In this document: positions 11,292 to 20,475 of the stretch, piece after piece | Numbering within the stretch: the first letter of the stretch is position 1 | Layout: every line of letters starts with the position of its first letter | NCBI GenBank assembly: GCA_003354025.1 | Contig: PIVU01000003.1 | Span: 1-51,618, forward strand | Direction: 5' to 3' | Origin: Nitrospirota bacterium | GTDB taxonomy: Bacteria > Nitrospirota > Thermodesulfovibrionia > UBA6902 | Length of the DNA stretch: 51,618 nucleotides | The notes under the pieces: model-generated | The model's input: only the letters and a program-made list of their open reading frames with translations | The model's database searches: none | Told to the model about the DNA's origin: nothing | Position numbers and translations under genes: made by a program

Positions 11292-12121
11292 AGGCCCGGC
11301 GACCTGCCGGTAATCTCGGATTAATTGCTGGAATGGGTGACCTGCCCAAGGCAGTAGCATCTGAAGCAAAGAGAATGGGTTATCATGTGGTGGCCGTTGC
11401 GCTTCAACCTCCTGCAGACGAATCGCTTAAGCCCTTTGCGGACGATTTCCATAAAGTCAGCATAGGCCGTCTCGGAGGACTGATCGCCCTGTTGAAAAAG
11501 ATGTCTGTTACAGAAGCTGTAATGGCGGGTAAAGTTCCCAAAGGCCTCCTTTATAAAAACAAAAAAGACATCGTCCCCGATTTAACGATGGCAAAGGTCT
11601 TATTCTCATTAAAAAACCGTTCCGATGACACTATTATGAACGGAATTGTAGGTGAGCTGGAAAAAAACGGAATCACACTACACAAGACCACCACATTTAC
11701 AAAAGGCCTTCTCTGCCCGGAAGGGCTATTGACCCGTAAAAAACCGTCCAAAAAAGAATTGCAGGACATAGAGTATGGATGGCATATCGCAAAAGAGATG
11801 GGTAGACTGGATATAGGGCAGACAGTTGTGGTAAAAAACATGGCTGTAATGGCCATAGAAGCAATTGAAGGGACTGACGAAGCCATTAAGCGCGGGAGCG
11901 AACTTGCTCAAAAAGATGCCGTCGTTATTAAGGTAAGCAAACCAAGCCAGGACATGAGATTTGATGTGCCTGTTTTAGGCCTTGACTCACTGGATTCAAT
12001 GAAAACATCAGGGGCAAAAGTCCTCGCTTTTGAGGCCGGTAAATGTATTATAGTTGACAAGGAAAACTTCATAAAAAAGGCAGATAAAAATGGTTTTGTC
12101 GTGGTAGCTGTAAAAAAATGA
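11282..12121 (+). CDS. lpxI: UDP-2,3-diacylglucosamine pyrophosphatase LpxI (DUF1009 family)
   Basis: LGLIAGMGDLP N-terminus and IEAIEGTDEAIKRG motif. Sits immediately after lpxA, as described for LpxI-type lipid A clusters. Confidence 0.8.
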   Translation: MPLKARRPAGNLGLIAGMGDLPKAVASEAKRMGYHVVAVALQPPADESLKPFADDFHKVSIGRLGGLIALLKKMSVTEAVMAGKVPKGLLYKNKKDIVPDLTMAKVLFSLKNRSDDTIMNGIVGELEKNGITLHKTTTFTKGLLCPEGLLTRKKPSKKELQDIEYGWHIAKEMGRLDIGQTVVVKNMAVMAIEAIEGTDEAIKRGSELAQKDAVVIKVSKPSQDMRFDVPVLGLDSLDSMKTSGAKVLAFEAGKCIIVDKENFIKKADKNGFVVVAVKK

Positions 12122-12179
12122 ACTCAGGCGGAATATACATCGGGCAATGCCATTGCAGATCCATGGAAGACAGGACAAT

Positions 12180-13094
12180 ATGATTAATGTAGCTGTTATT
12201 GGTACCGGTTCAATAGGCAGACACCATGCTAGAATTTTTGCAGGTATTGAGGGCGTAAATCTGGTAGCCATAGTTGACACTGATTCAGCCAGAGCACAGG
12301 AACTTGCTGCCCAATATAACTGCGAAGCGCTTAGCAATTACAAAGATGTAATGAATTCTGTCGATGCCGCAAGTATTGCTGTGCCTACTACTTTGCATTT
12401 TCAAATAGGCATGGATTTTCTCAAAAACAACAAAGACCTGCTGATTGAAAAGCCTATTACAACAACTATCGAAGAAGCACGGGCACTCATTGAAGAGGCT
12501 GAAAGAAGAAACCTTATACTGCAGGTAGGACACCTGGAAAGGTTCAATTCAGGAGTTTCACTGGTAAGCAAGATGGTTGAAAAACCTCAGTTTATTGAAT
12601 CACAGCGCCTTTCTCCATTTTTGGGAAGAGGAACCGATGTTGATGTAACACTTGACTTAATGATACATGACATAGATATAATACTTAGCTTAGTAAATTC
12701 TGAGATATCCGATCTTCGGGCAACAGGGGCCAAAGTTCTTACGGAAAATATTGACGTAGCTCATGCCTGGATTGAATTCAAAAACGGCTGTATAGCCGAA
12801 GCAGTTACGAGCAGAATTGCAAATGACAAAATACGACAGTTAAAAATATTTCAACACAACTCATTTTTAGACCTTGACTATCAACGTCAGGAAATTGTGA
12901 GTCACACAAAGAAAGGCGATTCTATAGGTAAAGAGATTATAAAACCGCAGGAAAAAGAGCCGCTTAAGGAGCAGTTGTTGTCCTTTATTGAATGCGTAAG
13001 CAACAGAACACGTCCTGTCGTTTCCGGCTTAGAAGGCAAGGAAGCCCTGAAAGTAGCATTAAAAGTGTCCGGTTTAGTTAATCTCAGCCTATAA
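12180..13094 (+). CDS. Gfo/Idh/MocA-family NAD-dependent sugar oxidoreductase, GnnA-like (putative UDP-GlcNAc 3-dehydrogenase)
   Basis: Rossmann N-terminus INVAVIGTGSIGRHHA and an EKP motif (LLIEKPIT). Lies between lpxI and a DegT-type aminotransferase. Start moved to the ATG at 12180 (MINVAVIG). Confidence 0.65.
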   Translation: MINVAVIGTGSIGRHHARIFAGIEGVNLVAIVDTDSARAQELAAQYNCEALSNYKDVMNSVDAASIAVPTTLHFQIGMDFLKNNKDLLIEKPITTTIEEARALIEEAERRNLILQVGHLERFNSGVSLVSKMVEKPQFIESQRLSPFLGRGTDVDVTLDLMIHDIDIILSLVNSEISDLRATGAKVLTENIDVAHAWIEFKNGCIAEAVTSRIANDKIRQLKIFQHNSFLDLDYQRQEIVSHTKKGDSIGKEIIKPQEKEPLKEQLLSFIECVSNRTRPVVSGLEGKEALKVALKVSGLVNLSL

Positions 13095-13109
13095 ACTCAT
13101 ATAGTTACT

Positions 13110-14231
13110 ATGACCCAAACAGCTCAAAACAAGACAATGATCCCCATGCTGGATCTCAAAGCTCAGTATCTCCCAATTAAAGAAGAGATTAAATCAGCAG
13201 TTAAGGAAATAATCGAGAGCGGCAGATTTATTCTCGGCAAAAATGTCGAATCATTTGAAAATGAAATTGCATCTTACCATAATGTCAGCGGAGCCGTTGG
13301 ACTTGCTTCCGGCACAGACGCTCTTCATCTCAGCCTCAATGCAATGGACATTAAAGAAGGGGACGAGGTAATAACAACTCCCTTTACATTTATTGCATCG
13401 GCAGAATCTATAGCATATGTCCATGCAACACCCGTATTTGTCGACATAGAGAAAAATACACTCAATATTGATGTCTCTAAAATAGAAGAAAAAATCACAG
13501 CAAAAACTAAAGCCATTGTAGTTGTACACCTTTTTGGACTTCCGGCAAACATGACAGAAATCATGGAGTTAGCAAAGAAGTACAATTTAAAAATCGTTGA
13601 AGACTGCGCCCAGGCTTTCGGTGCTAAGTATAAGGACAGGGCAGTCGGGAGTATAGGGGACTGCGGCTGTTACAGTTTTTACCCCAGTAAGAATCTGGGT
13701 GCCTATGGTGATGGCGGAATGATGATAACAAATAATTCAGGCATCCATGAAACGGTTAAGCTGCTGCGTAACCACGGGACAGTGGGCCCTTACCAGCACG
13801 GTTTCATCGGTTTTAACAGCAGACTGGATGAAATCCATGCTGCTATACTCAGGATTAAGTTAAGGCACATCGATCAGTACAATCAAAACAGAGGCAAAAT
13901 TGCTAAAATCTATTCATCAATTCTGGGTAATGCCGTGAAATGTCCCGTTGAGCTGGAAGACAGGAGTCATGTATATCACCAATACACAATCAGAACTCCG
14001 CAAAGGGACAAAATCCATGAAATTTTAAAGGAAAACTCGATAGCATCTGTTGTGTATTACCCTCTTTCACTTCACCTTCAGGAAGCCTTTGGCTACTTAG
14101 GGTACAAAGAGGGAGATTTTCCGGAATGCGAAGCTGCTTCCAACGAGGTACTGTCCCTTCCAATTTATCCGGAACTGGAACCTGAAAAAGCAGAATATAT
14201 TGCAAAAACAGTTCTAGAGGCGGTAAAGTAA
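13110..14231 (+). CDS. DegT/DnrJ/EryC1-family PLP sugar aminotransferase, GnnB-like
   Basis: 373 aa with GTDALHLSL, FYPSKNLGAYGDGG (PLP lysine) and LPIYPEL motifs typical of the family. Confidence 0.8.
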   Translation: MTQTAQNKTMIPMLDLKAQYLPIKEEIKSAVKEIIESGRFILGKNVESFENEIASYHNVSGAVGLASGTDALHLSLNAMDIKEGDEVITTPFTFIASAESIAYVHATPVFVDIEKNTLNIDVSKIEEKITAKTKAIVVVHLFGLPANMTEIMELAKKYNLKIVEDCAQAFGAKYKDRAVGSIGDCGCYSFYPSKNLGAYGDGGMMITNNSGIHETVKLLRNHGTVGPYQHGFIGFNSRLDEIHAAILRIKLRHIDQYNQNRGKIAKIYSSILGNAVKCPVELEDRSHVYHQYTIRTPQRDKIHEILKENSIASVVYYPLSLHLQEAFGYLGYKEGDFPECEAASNEVLSLPIYPELEPEKAEYIAKTVLEAVK

Positions 14232-14258
14232 CAACCCTGCGGCAGATTCACTGCGTGA

Positions 14259-15986
14259 CTATTCAGATACCTTCAGTACCTCACCGACACGCAGACGGGT
14301 TGTAGTTAAGTTATTAATTCTCTGAAGCTTCTTGGTATTAGTTTTAAACTTACGAGCAATCAGCCAGAGTGAGTCGCCCTTTTTAATCTTGTACTTTTTC
14401 CCGGGCAATAGCTTTTCCGCAGAAGCATAAACCTTCCGGCCAGTACTTCCCCTGAGAGGAACCTTGAGTTTCTGCCCTACACGTATAAAGTGCTTTTTAC
14501 GAATGTTGTTTGCCCGCACAATTCTACTTACTTTTGTACGGTATCTTTTCGCTATGAGCGAAAGGGTTTCCCCTTTTTTGACTCTATGATGCACATATGC
14601 ATTTTGAGGAAGCGTCCATTTCGGTATTTCCTTCAGATGCGCCAGTAACACATTCTTTTTGTCTTCAGGAATCTTAAGCTTATATTCAGTCGGAGGTGTC
14701 ACATGATGGCGAAGCTCGGGGTTCAGTGAAGTTAGTTCCTTAAAGGGCACTCCGATCTTCTCCGCAACTACTTTTAACTGCACCTGCTTTTCTATAGAAA
14801 CCGTTTCAAAAGACGAAGGGCTGTCCGGCTCACCCAGTTCAAATCCGTATTTCTCAGGGTCTTTTAAAATATGCAGTGTCGCAAGAAACCTGGGGACATA
14901 CCGGGCTGTTTCACGGGGAAGCTGCTGATACAGGTCCCAGAAGTTATCAAGATAGTTGATCTTCTGATTCCTGATCTGTCTTAAAACTCGTCCCTCTCCG
15001 CAATTATATGCTGCCAGCACCGTCATCCAGTCACCGAATATCTGGTGCAGTTCCTTCATATATGCAATTGCAGCAGCGGTTGCTTTCTCGGGATTTAACC
15101 TTAGATCTATCCATGTGTCCCTTTTTAATCCAAATTTATATCCCGTCGAAGGAATAAACTGCCACAAGCCGAGTGCCCTGGCACGGGACAACGCCCTTAT
15201 CTTAAAACCACTCTCAATCAATGGCAGCCAGGCAAGGTCCTGGGGTAGTCCAGCTTCTTTTAATTCAGCAGTAATCATATCCATAAATTTCCCGGACCGC
15301 TTATATGATTCAAGAAAAAATTTCCGTTCACGTCCCTGGAACAGCTTAATCTCCTTTTCAATATGCTTGTTCATTACCAGCGGGATCTCATTGTGATTTC
15401 CGTTCACAGCAGTATATCGTGATGCATAAATCTCCAATATCCTTTTGGAGATCATAAAACGAATGTCTTCTTTCTGCTGGATCAGTTCAGGACTACGTTC
15501 AGTATTTACTTTAAGAACAAGAGCGTATGCCTCATCCAGTGTTTTGATCGCCTGTTCCAGATTCCCTTCAGACCAGAAATCCTGAGAGGCATTACAAAAA
15601 TCAAGAGCAGTATCAAGAAAGTTCTGGTCCTTTTCTTTATTTTCAAGAAGTTCTTCCTCTTTATCTGCAATAGAATCCTCAGATTTTTCTACGACAGCCA
15701 GCTCCTGGGCTCCGGCATTGTCATCAGATAAGTTATTATCGTCAGCACAGGTTTTGGTATCAGTACAGTCCTCCACAATTACATCAGGAGAATTATTAAC
15801 ATCAGGGATAAGAGAAATATCATAATCAGACTTACTGACTCTCTCAGCAAGTACTTCTTCAGCAGGCTTGACTTCCAGATTTGCAGGCAAATCAATACGA
15901 TTTTTGTCATTAGAAACCCGAGTGCCCGTTGTGCTGCAACCGATTAATAATGTGACTAATAATAAAATTATATATCTATAAATCAT
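14259..15986 (-). CDS. Membrane-bound lytic murein transglycosylase (MltD-like) with two C-terminal LysM domains
   Basis: Lipoprotein signal LLIGC-S. SLT catalytic region LPLIESGFKIRALSRARALGLWQFIPSTG. Two LysM repeats (HRVKKGETLSLIAKRY..., YKIKKGDSLWLIARKF...). Confidence 0.85.
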   Translation of the reverse strand: MIYRYIILLLVTLLIGCSTTGTRVSNDKNRIDLPANLEVKPAEEVLAERVSKSDYDISLIPDVNNSPDVIVEDCTDTKTCADDNNLSDDNAGAQELAVVEKSEDSIADKEEELLENKEKDQNFLDTALDFCNASQDFWSEGNLEQAIKTLDEAYALVLKVNTERSPELIQQKEDIRFMISKRILEIYASRYTAVNGNHNEIPLVMNKHIEKEIKLFQGRERKFFLESYKRSGKFMDMITAELKEAGLPQDLAWLPLIESGFKIRALSRARALGLWQFIPSTGYKFGLKRDTWIDLRLNPEKATAAAIAYMKELHQIFGDWMTVLAAYNCGEGRVLRQIRNQKINYLDNFWDLYQQLPRETARYVPRFLATLHILKDPEKYGFELGEPDSPSSFETVSIEKQVQLKVVAEKIGVPFKELTSLNPELRHHVTPPTEYKLKIPEDKKNVLLAHLKEIPKWTLPQNAYVHHRVKKGETLSLIAKRYRTKVSRIVRANNIRKKHFIRVGQKLKVPLRGSTGRKVYASAEKLLPGKKYKIKKGDSLWLIARKFKTNTKKLQRINNLTTTRLRVGEVLKVSE

Positions 15987-16210
15987 TTGCGATAACCCTC
16001 ACACTTGTACTCTTATACCATATATATTCGGAAATAAAAGTGATATCATTAAATTTTTTTTAATAAACCCTGCAATTATTGTCTTAATTTTACATATATA
16101 CCGGTCATTAAGCAAACAAATTGCAATTTCCATTCCCAGGAAATCATGGGAGCCGCAGCAATAACTTTCGTTATATAACATACAGTTACAAACAGCCTAA
16201 AATAAATCTC

Positions 16211-16249
16211 TTGTCAAACACATGACTATTCAGTGTCATAAAGTGACAA
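16211..16249. promoter_or_regulatory. Nested imperfect palindrome upstream of the FAS-like operon (candidate operator)
   Basis: ttgtca-aacac-atgac-tattcagt-gtcat-aaag-tgacaa. The outer arms (ttgtca/tgacaa) and inner arms (atgac/gtcat) are exact reverse complements. It lies about 65-100 nt upstream of the 16312 start. Confidence 0.4.
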
Positions 16250-16311
16250 CTTTACCTCATTACGTCCATAGTGTTTACTAAATACACCGTTTTTTATAAA
16301 ATAGACGGGTT

Positions 16312-17076
16312 ATGCACTCCCTCGAAGGCAAAGTTGCTCTAATCACAGGAAGCTCAAGAGGCATCGGTCAGGCTATTGCAAGAAAACTCGCTGCCGCCGG
16401 TGCCGACATTGTTATTAACTACAGAAGGACTGCGGGCTCTTCATTCGCCCAGGCTGAAGAGCTCAACAAAGAGATCGAGGCAATGGGAAGAAAAACTCTT
16501 ATGGTCCAGGCTGACATATCGGAGAAATCCTCTGTTAAAACTCTGTTCGCCAAAATAAGTGAAACCTTCGGCACACTTGACTACCTCATCTTGAATGCAG
16601 CCAAGGCCCCTTTCAAGCCTATCGAAAAACTACTGGAGAGAGAACTTAGGCAGCTCGTTGAAACTAACTATATGGGTAATATTTTTTGTATTCAGGGGGC
16701 TATCCCTCTAATGGAGGCTAAGGGAGGCAGGATTGTATTTATATCAAGTCTTGGAAGCCGTTATTATAACCCCTCCTACCCACTGGGAAGCATGAAAGCG
16801 GCAATGGAATCAATTGTCAGAGACTGTGCAGAAAGTCTCAGAGAAAAAAAGGTGTCTGTAAATGCCGTCTGCGGCGGAATTGTCAAGACCGATTCCTTCA
16901 AAGTTTTAAGACAGTATCTTGAAAATGTTGACAAACTGCCCGATGACCTTATTGTTACCCCCGATGAAATTGCAGATGTTGTATCGTTTCTCTGTTCACC
17001 GGCAAGCAGAGGGATCACTGGCCAGACTATTGTTGTTGATAAGGGGCTGAGCAACTCTCTTTACAGGTCAGCTTAA
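16312..17076 (+). CDS. SDR-family reductase resembling FabL-type enoyl-ACP reductase
   Basis: ITGSSRGIGQA...IVINY, LNAAKAPFKP (in place of NNAG), ISSLGSRYYNPSYPLGSMKAAMES, VNAVCGGIVKTD and GQTIVVDKG. This layout parallels Bacillus FabL as I recall it, not classical FabG. Confidence 0.55.
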   Translation: MHSLEGKVALITGSSRGIGQAIARKLAAAGADIVINYRRTAGSSFAQAEELNKEIEAMGRKTLMVQADISEKSSVKTLFAKISETFGTLDYLILNAAKAPFKPIEKLLERELRQLVETNYMGNIFCIQGAIPLMEAKGGRIVFISSLGSRYYNPSYPLGSMKAAMESIVRDCAESLREKKVSVNAVCGGIVKTDSFKVLRQYLENVDKLPDDLIVTPDEIADVVSFLCSPASRGITGQTIVVDKGLSNSLYRSA

Positions 17077-17184
17077 AAAACGCGGCGATTATATGAGTTA
17101 TGTGTTATACGCTTCAATCTCACCGCTTACTTTTGCAGAGTATAACAAATTACTTATTACGAATAAATATAATATGGAGGCATT

Positions 17185-17748
17185 ATGAGTCAGAACATAG
17201 TAACCGAGGAAAAAGTATTTGAAGAACTGAAAAAGGCAATAGTGGAAACTCTCAGGGTTGACGCTGATTCAATTAAACCCGAAAGTTCGTTAATCAATGA
17301 TCTGGGGGCTGAGTCACTGGACTTCCTTGATATTAATTACAGACTGGAGCAGGCCTTTGGGATGAAAATGGCCCGTCACTTCGTGCTTGAGCATGTAGAA
17401 GAGATGTTCGGTGAAGGTTCAGCTATTGATGATGACGGTCAGCTGACCGAAAAAGCCGTAGAACTCCTCAAAATACGCTTCGGGGACCAAATGGGCCCAC
17501 TCGAGCCGGGCATGGACATGGACGAGGTACCTGCCCTGGTCACTGCCCAGTCAATCTCAGGCGGAGTCATGGACATACTGGCAAGTCTTCCGGAAAAATG
17601 CACTCACTGCGGCGCACAGCAATGGACCTCCGAAGACGGGATCAAAATCAAATGCGGCTCATGCGGAGAACCGGCTGTTTTCAGTAACGGAGATGACTTA
17701 ATCAAGGATTGGCTGACAAAAGTCCAGGAAGAGAAAAAGATATTCTAA
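17185..17748 (+). CDS. Acyl carrier protein domain fused to a C-terminal CxxC-x14-CxxC zinc ribbon
   Basis: NDLGAESLDFLDINYRLEQAFG is an ACP helix-II motif, with Ser44 at codon 17314-17316. The C-terminus EKCTHCGAQQWTSEDGIKIKCGSCGEP carries Cys139/142/157/160. GGAGG lies upstream of the ATG. Confidence 0.75.
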   Translation: MSQNIVTEEKVFEELKKAIVETLRVDADSIKPESSLINDLGAESLDFLDINYRLEQAFGMKMARHFVLEHVEEMFGEGSAIDDDGQLTEKAVELLKIRFGDQMGPLEPGMDMDEVPALVTAQSISGGVMDILASLPEKCTHCGAQQWTSEDGIKIKCGSCGEPAVFSNGDDLIKDWLTKVQEEKKIF

Positions 17749-19037
17749 ATAATACATCCAAAAAAAGAGTTGTAATTACCGGATACGGGATGATTACGCC
17801 TTCAGGCAGGAATACCGAAGAGACCTTTGAGAATTGCAGCAAGGGCCATTCCGGGATAGATTATATTAAATCATTTGATACAACAGGAATGCCGTGCCGG
17901 ATCGGTGGAGAAGTCAACAACAGCTGGCTTGAGGATTTTGAACAGCAGACAGACCGTTCACTGAATAATTATTCTTCACGGGCATTAAGATTAATGAGAG
18001 TAGCAACAACTGAAGCTCTTCAGAAGGCCAAACTGGACGAAGTAGAAGACCGTCACTCAATTGGTGTTGCACTGGGCTCTCACGGTGACAACCTCCCTGT
18101 AAAGGACATGCAGTTCATTCATAAGTTTTACCGGGGTGAAGGGCGCTGGGACATGAAGAAACTTGCTGAATCAGGCGGCTACCCTTACCTGAATTTCTTC
18201 AGAAGAAAGCCTGATGCCGCATCAACTATACTGGCATCTTTTTTTAACTGTAAAGGACCCTCTCTTGCTATAGTATCAGCCTGTGCAGCCGGCTCACAGG
18301 CTATAGGGGAAGCCGTAAGGTTAATTCAGGACAGTAAATGCAAAGTAATGATTGCAGGTGGATGTGAAGCAACTCTTGATTTTGTGGGGATGACCGGTTT
18401 TATCCTGCTGAAGGCCCTGTCCGAAAAATATACGGAGCCGCAAAAAGCGTCACGGCCTTTTGACCGAAGGAGAAATGGGTTTGTCATGTCCGAAGGGGCC
18501 GGTTCAGTAGTTCTGGAGGAACTGGACCATGCTCTGTCACGGGGAGCTCACATATTCGGAGAATTAAAAGGGTACGGCTCCTCTGCCGATGCCTACCGGA
18601 TTACGGACACTCACCCAAAAGGAGTGGGAGCTGTTACTGCAATGACTGCAGCCATTGGTGACGCATCCTTAACACCTGATGATATTGATTATATAAATGC
18701 ACATGGGACCTCAACAACTCAGAATGACCTAACTGAAACCAGGGCAATAAAAGAAGTTTTTGGAGAAAAAGCAGGAGACATTCCGATAAGTTCAAATAAA
18801 TCCATGCTGGGCCATACTATAGCCGCAGCCGGTGCTATCGAATGTATACTTACATTAGAAGGAATTAATCAGTCTATTGTCCTCCCTACAATCAACCAGG
18901 AAGTGCGTGACCCAAAGTGCAAACTGGACTACGTTCCAAACACTGCACGCAAAATGGATCATAATACAGCAATATCCAATTCTTTTGGATTTGGCGGGCA
19001 AAACGCCTGTCTCTGCATCAGCAAATTTAAAGACTAG
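17709..19037 (+). CDS. Beta-ketoacyl-ACP synthase, FabF/KAS II-like (intact Cys-His-His triad)
   Basis: VSACAAGSQAIG (Cys), INAHGTSTTQND (His), SNKSMLGHTIAAAG (His) and NSFGFGGQNA. The start is uncertain: the only in-frame start upstream of VVITGYG is TTG at 17709, which overlaps the ACP gene by 40 nt. Confidence 0.85.
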   Translation: MADKSPGREKDILNNTSKKRVVITGYGMITPSGRNTEETFENCSKGHSGIDYIKSFDTTGMPCRIGGEVNNSWLEDFEQQTDRSLNNYSSRALRLMRVATTEALQKAKLDEVEDRHSIGVALGSHGDNLPVKDMQFIHKFYRGEGRWDMKKLAESGGYPYLNFFRRKPDAASTILASFFNCKGPSLAIVSACAAGSQAIGEAVRLIQDSKCKVMIAGGCEATLDFVGMTGFILLKALSEKYTEPQKASRPFDRRRNGFVMSEGAGSVVLEELDHALSRGAHIFGELKGYGSSADAYRITDTHPKGVGAVTAMTAAIGDASLTPDDIDYINAHGTSTTQNDLTETRAIKEVFGEKAGDIPISSNKSMLGHTIAAAGAIECILTLEGINQSIVLPTINQEVRDPKCKLDYVPNTARKMDHNTAISNSFGFGGQNACLCISKFKD

Positions 19038-19119
19038 CCTGCTTGTTTAACTGTTTCCTGTAATATTGAATTTGCTAAAATCTGCGATAGGTGAGAAAAA
19101 AACCGGAAGGGCTGAAGAC

Positions 19120-19461
19120 TTAATGAATGCTTTCTCTATCCATGTCCTGCAGGAATTCATGATATGCAGTAGTCGGATCTAATATTTTCATTCCAACAGT
19201 CAAAGTTTCGTCATCAGGAGCAGTCCGCAAGTACCACTTCACTTCACAGTTTAGATATAGTATCTTGCCTGAGGGAGTTTGAAAACTAAGTGTGATTATC
19301 CTCTCGGGCACAAAATCTATTGAAGATCTGATTGCCGATGTCATTAAATACTCAATACCATCCTCGGATACATTGTCAATAAATCCACCACATGATTTGC
19401 CGCCTGATATAATGTTAGCGTTAAGATTACAAATCATTCTGTTTGACTGCCGATTGTCCAC
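19120..19461 (-). CDS. Stand-alone PilZ-domain protein (putative c-di-GMP receptor)
   Basis: 113 aa with RQSNR (RxxxR) and NVSEDG (D/N-x-S-x-x-G) at canonical spacing. GTG start with GAGG about 9 nt upstream. Confidence 0.7.
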   Translation of the reverse strand: MDNRQSNRMICNLNANIISGGKSCGGFIDNVSEDGIEYLMTSAIRSSIDFVPERIITLSFQTPSGKILYLNCEVKWYLRTAPDDETLTVGMKILDPTTAYHEFLQDMDRESIH

Positions 19462-19726
19462 TAATAAATACCTCGTCTCACTATATTAACTACGACATTC
19501 ATTAAGCAAAATAAGTGCCTGACATTAACCTCTTGTTTTTATAGGTTACTATTATTATTTATTAGCTGTTTATTGTCAAAGGTTCCGACAAAGAGTAAGA
19601 GTATCCGACAAATAATGTTCAGGGATAATAACCGCTCCAAGTATTCCCTAAGAGTGGACTGCCCCGTTTACTTTAAATAAATAAAGCCGTTACAGGGCAG
19701 CCCCTTCATATATAACACTATCTGAC

Positions 19727-20044
19727 TTAGTTCACAACGATTTTACCCTTAATTTTCTCAAAAGTCTTCTTTGCAATCCCCTCCACTTTCCTAAGGTCGT
19801 TAATGTCGCTAAAATTACCGTTATTGTTTCTATAGTTAATGATCGCCTCTGCCTTCTTCTTTCCAATACCCGAAAGTATTGTGAGTTCCTTAACTGTGGC
19901 AGTATTAATATTGATTGAAGTGTCCACGACTTGACTGTTTGATTCGGTGTGCTTATTCTCTACTGCCACTGACGTCGACACAAATATGCCGGCCATCATA
20001 AAAACTGCAATGATAATGCACATTCTTGATAATACTTTTTTCAT
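19727..20044 (-). CDS. comEA: ComEA-like helix-hairpin-helix DNA-binding protein with signal peptide
   Basis: INTATVKELTILSGIGKKKAEAIINYRNNNGNFSDINDLRKVEGI is the ComEA HhH signature. AGGAGG lies upstream of the ATG. Confidence 0.8.
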   Translation of the reverse strand: MKKVLSRMCIIIAVFMMAGIFVSTSVAVENKHTESNSQVVDTSININTATVKELTILSGIGKKKAEAIINYRNNNGNFSDINDLRKVEGIAKKTFEKIKGKIVVN

Positions 20045-20475
20045 AACATCCTCCTGGTTTTAAAGATTAGTAATCCATTTGAAATTTACAGCTCTGAAGT
20101 CATCACCTCCTTTCTGATATTTCAGGAAAACATCGGACAAGACAAGCAAATGCATAGCAGTATCGGGCAAGGTTTCACAGCATAAAAATGTTCAACCGGT
20201 GCCAAATCCACACAGATCATTCTTGTTTCCGTCAGATAAACTCTAAACGGAAAATGGTTGCATTTGAAAATTACGCGGCTTGTCAGCCCTGTCCCCAACA
20301 GATGCTAAAGTATATATAAAAGAACGCAGAATGTCCAGCAAATCTCCATGATTTAAGTTCATTGAATTAGATGGAACATATATAGAGATTCAGCCCATTT
20401 CTCGTCGAAAAATGCATTGCAACTAACCCTCCGATATTGCATCGTTTATCATCCATCCTGTATCATGTTCTAATC

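Noticed and set aside
15999-16181. 60-aa minus-strand ORF in the spacer between the lytic transglycosylase and the FAS-like cassette
   Set aside because: No Shine-Dalgarno sequence and an odd composition (Cys/Ile-rich) in an AT-rich promoter region. It is more likely non-coding.
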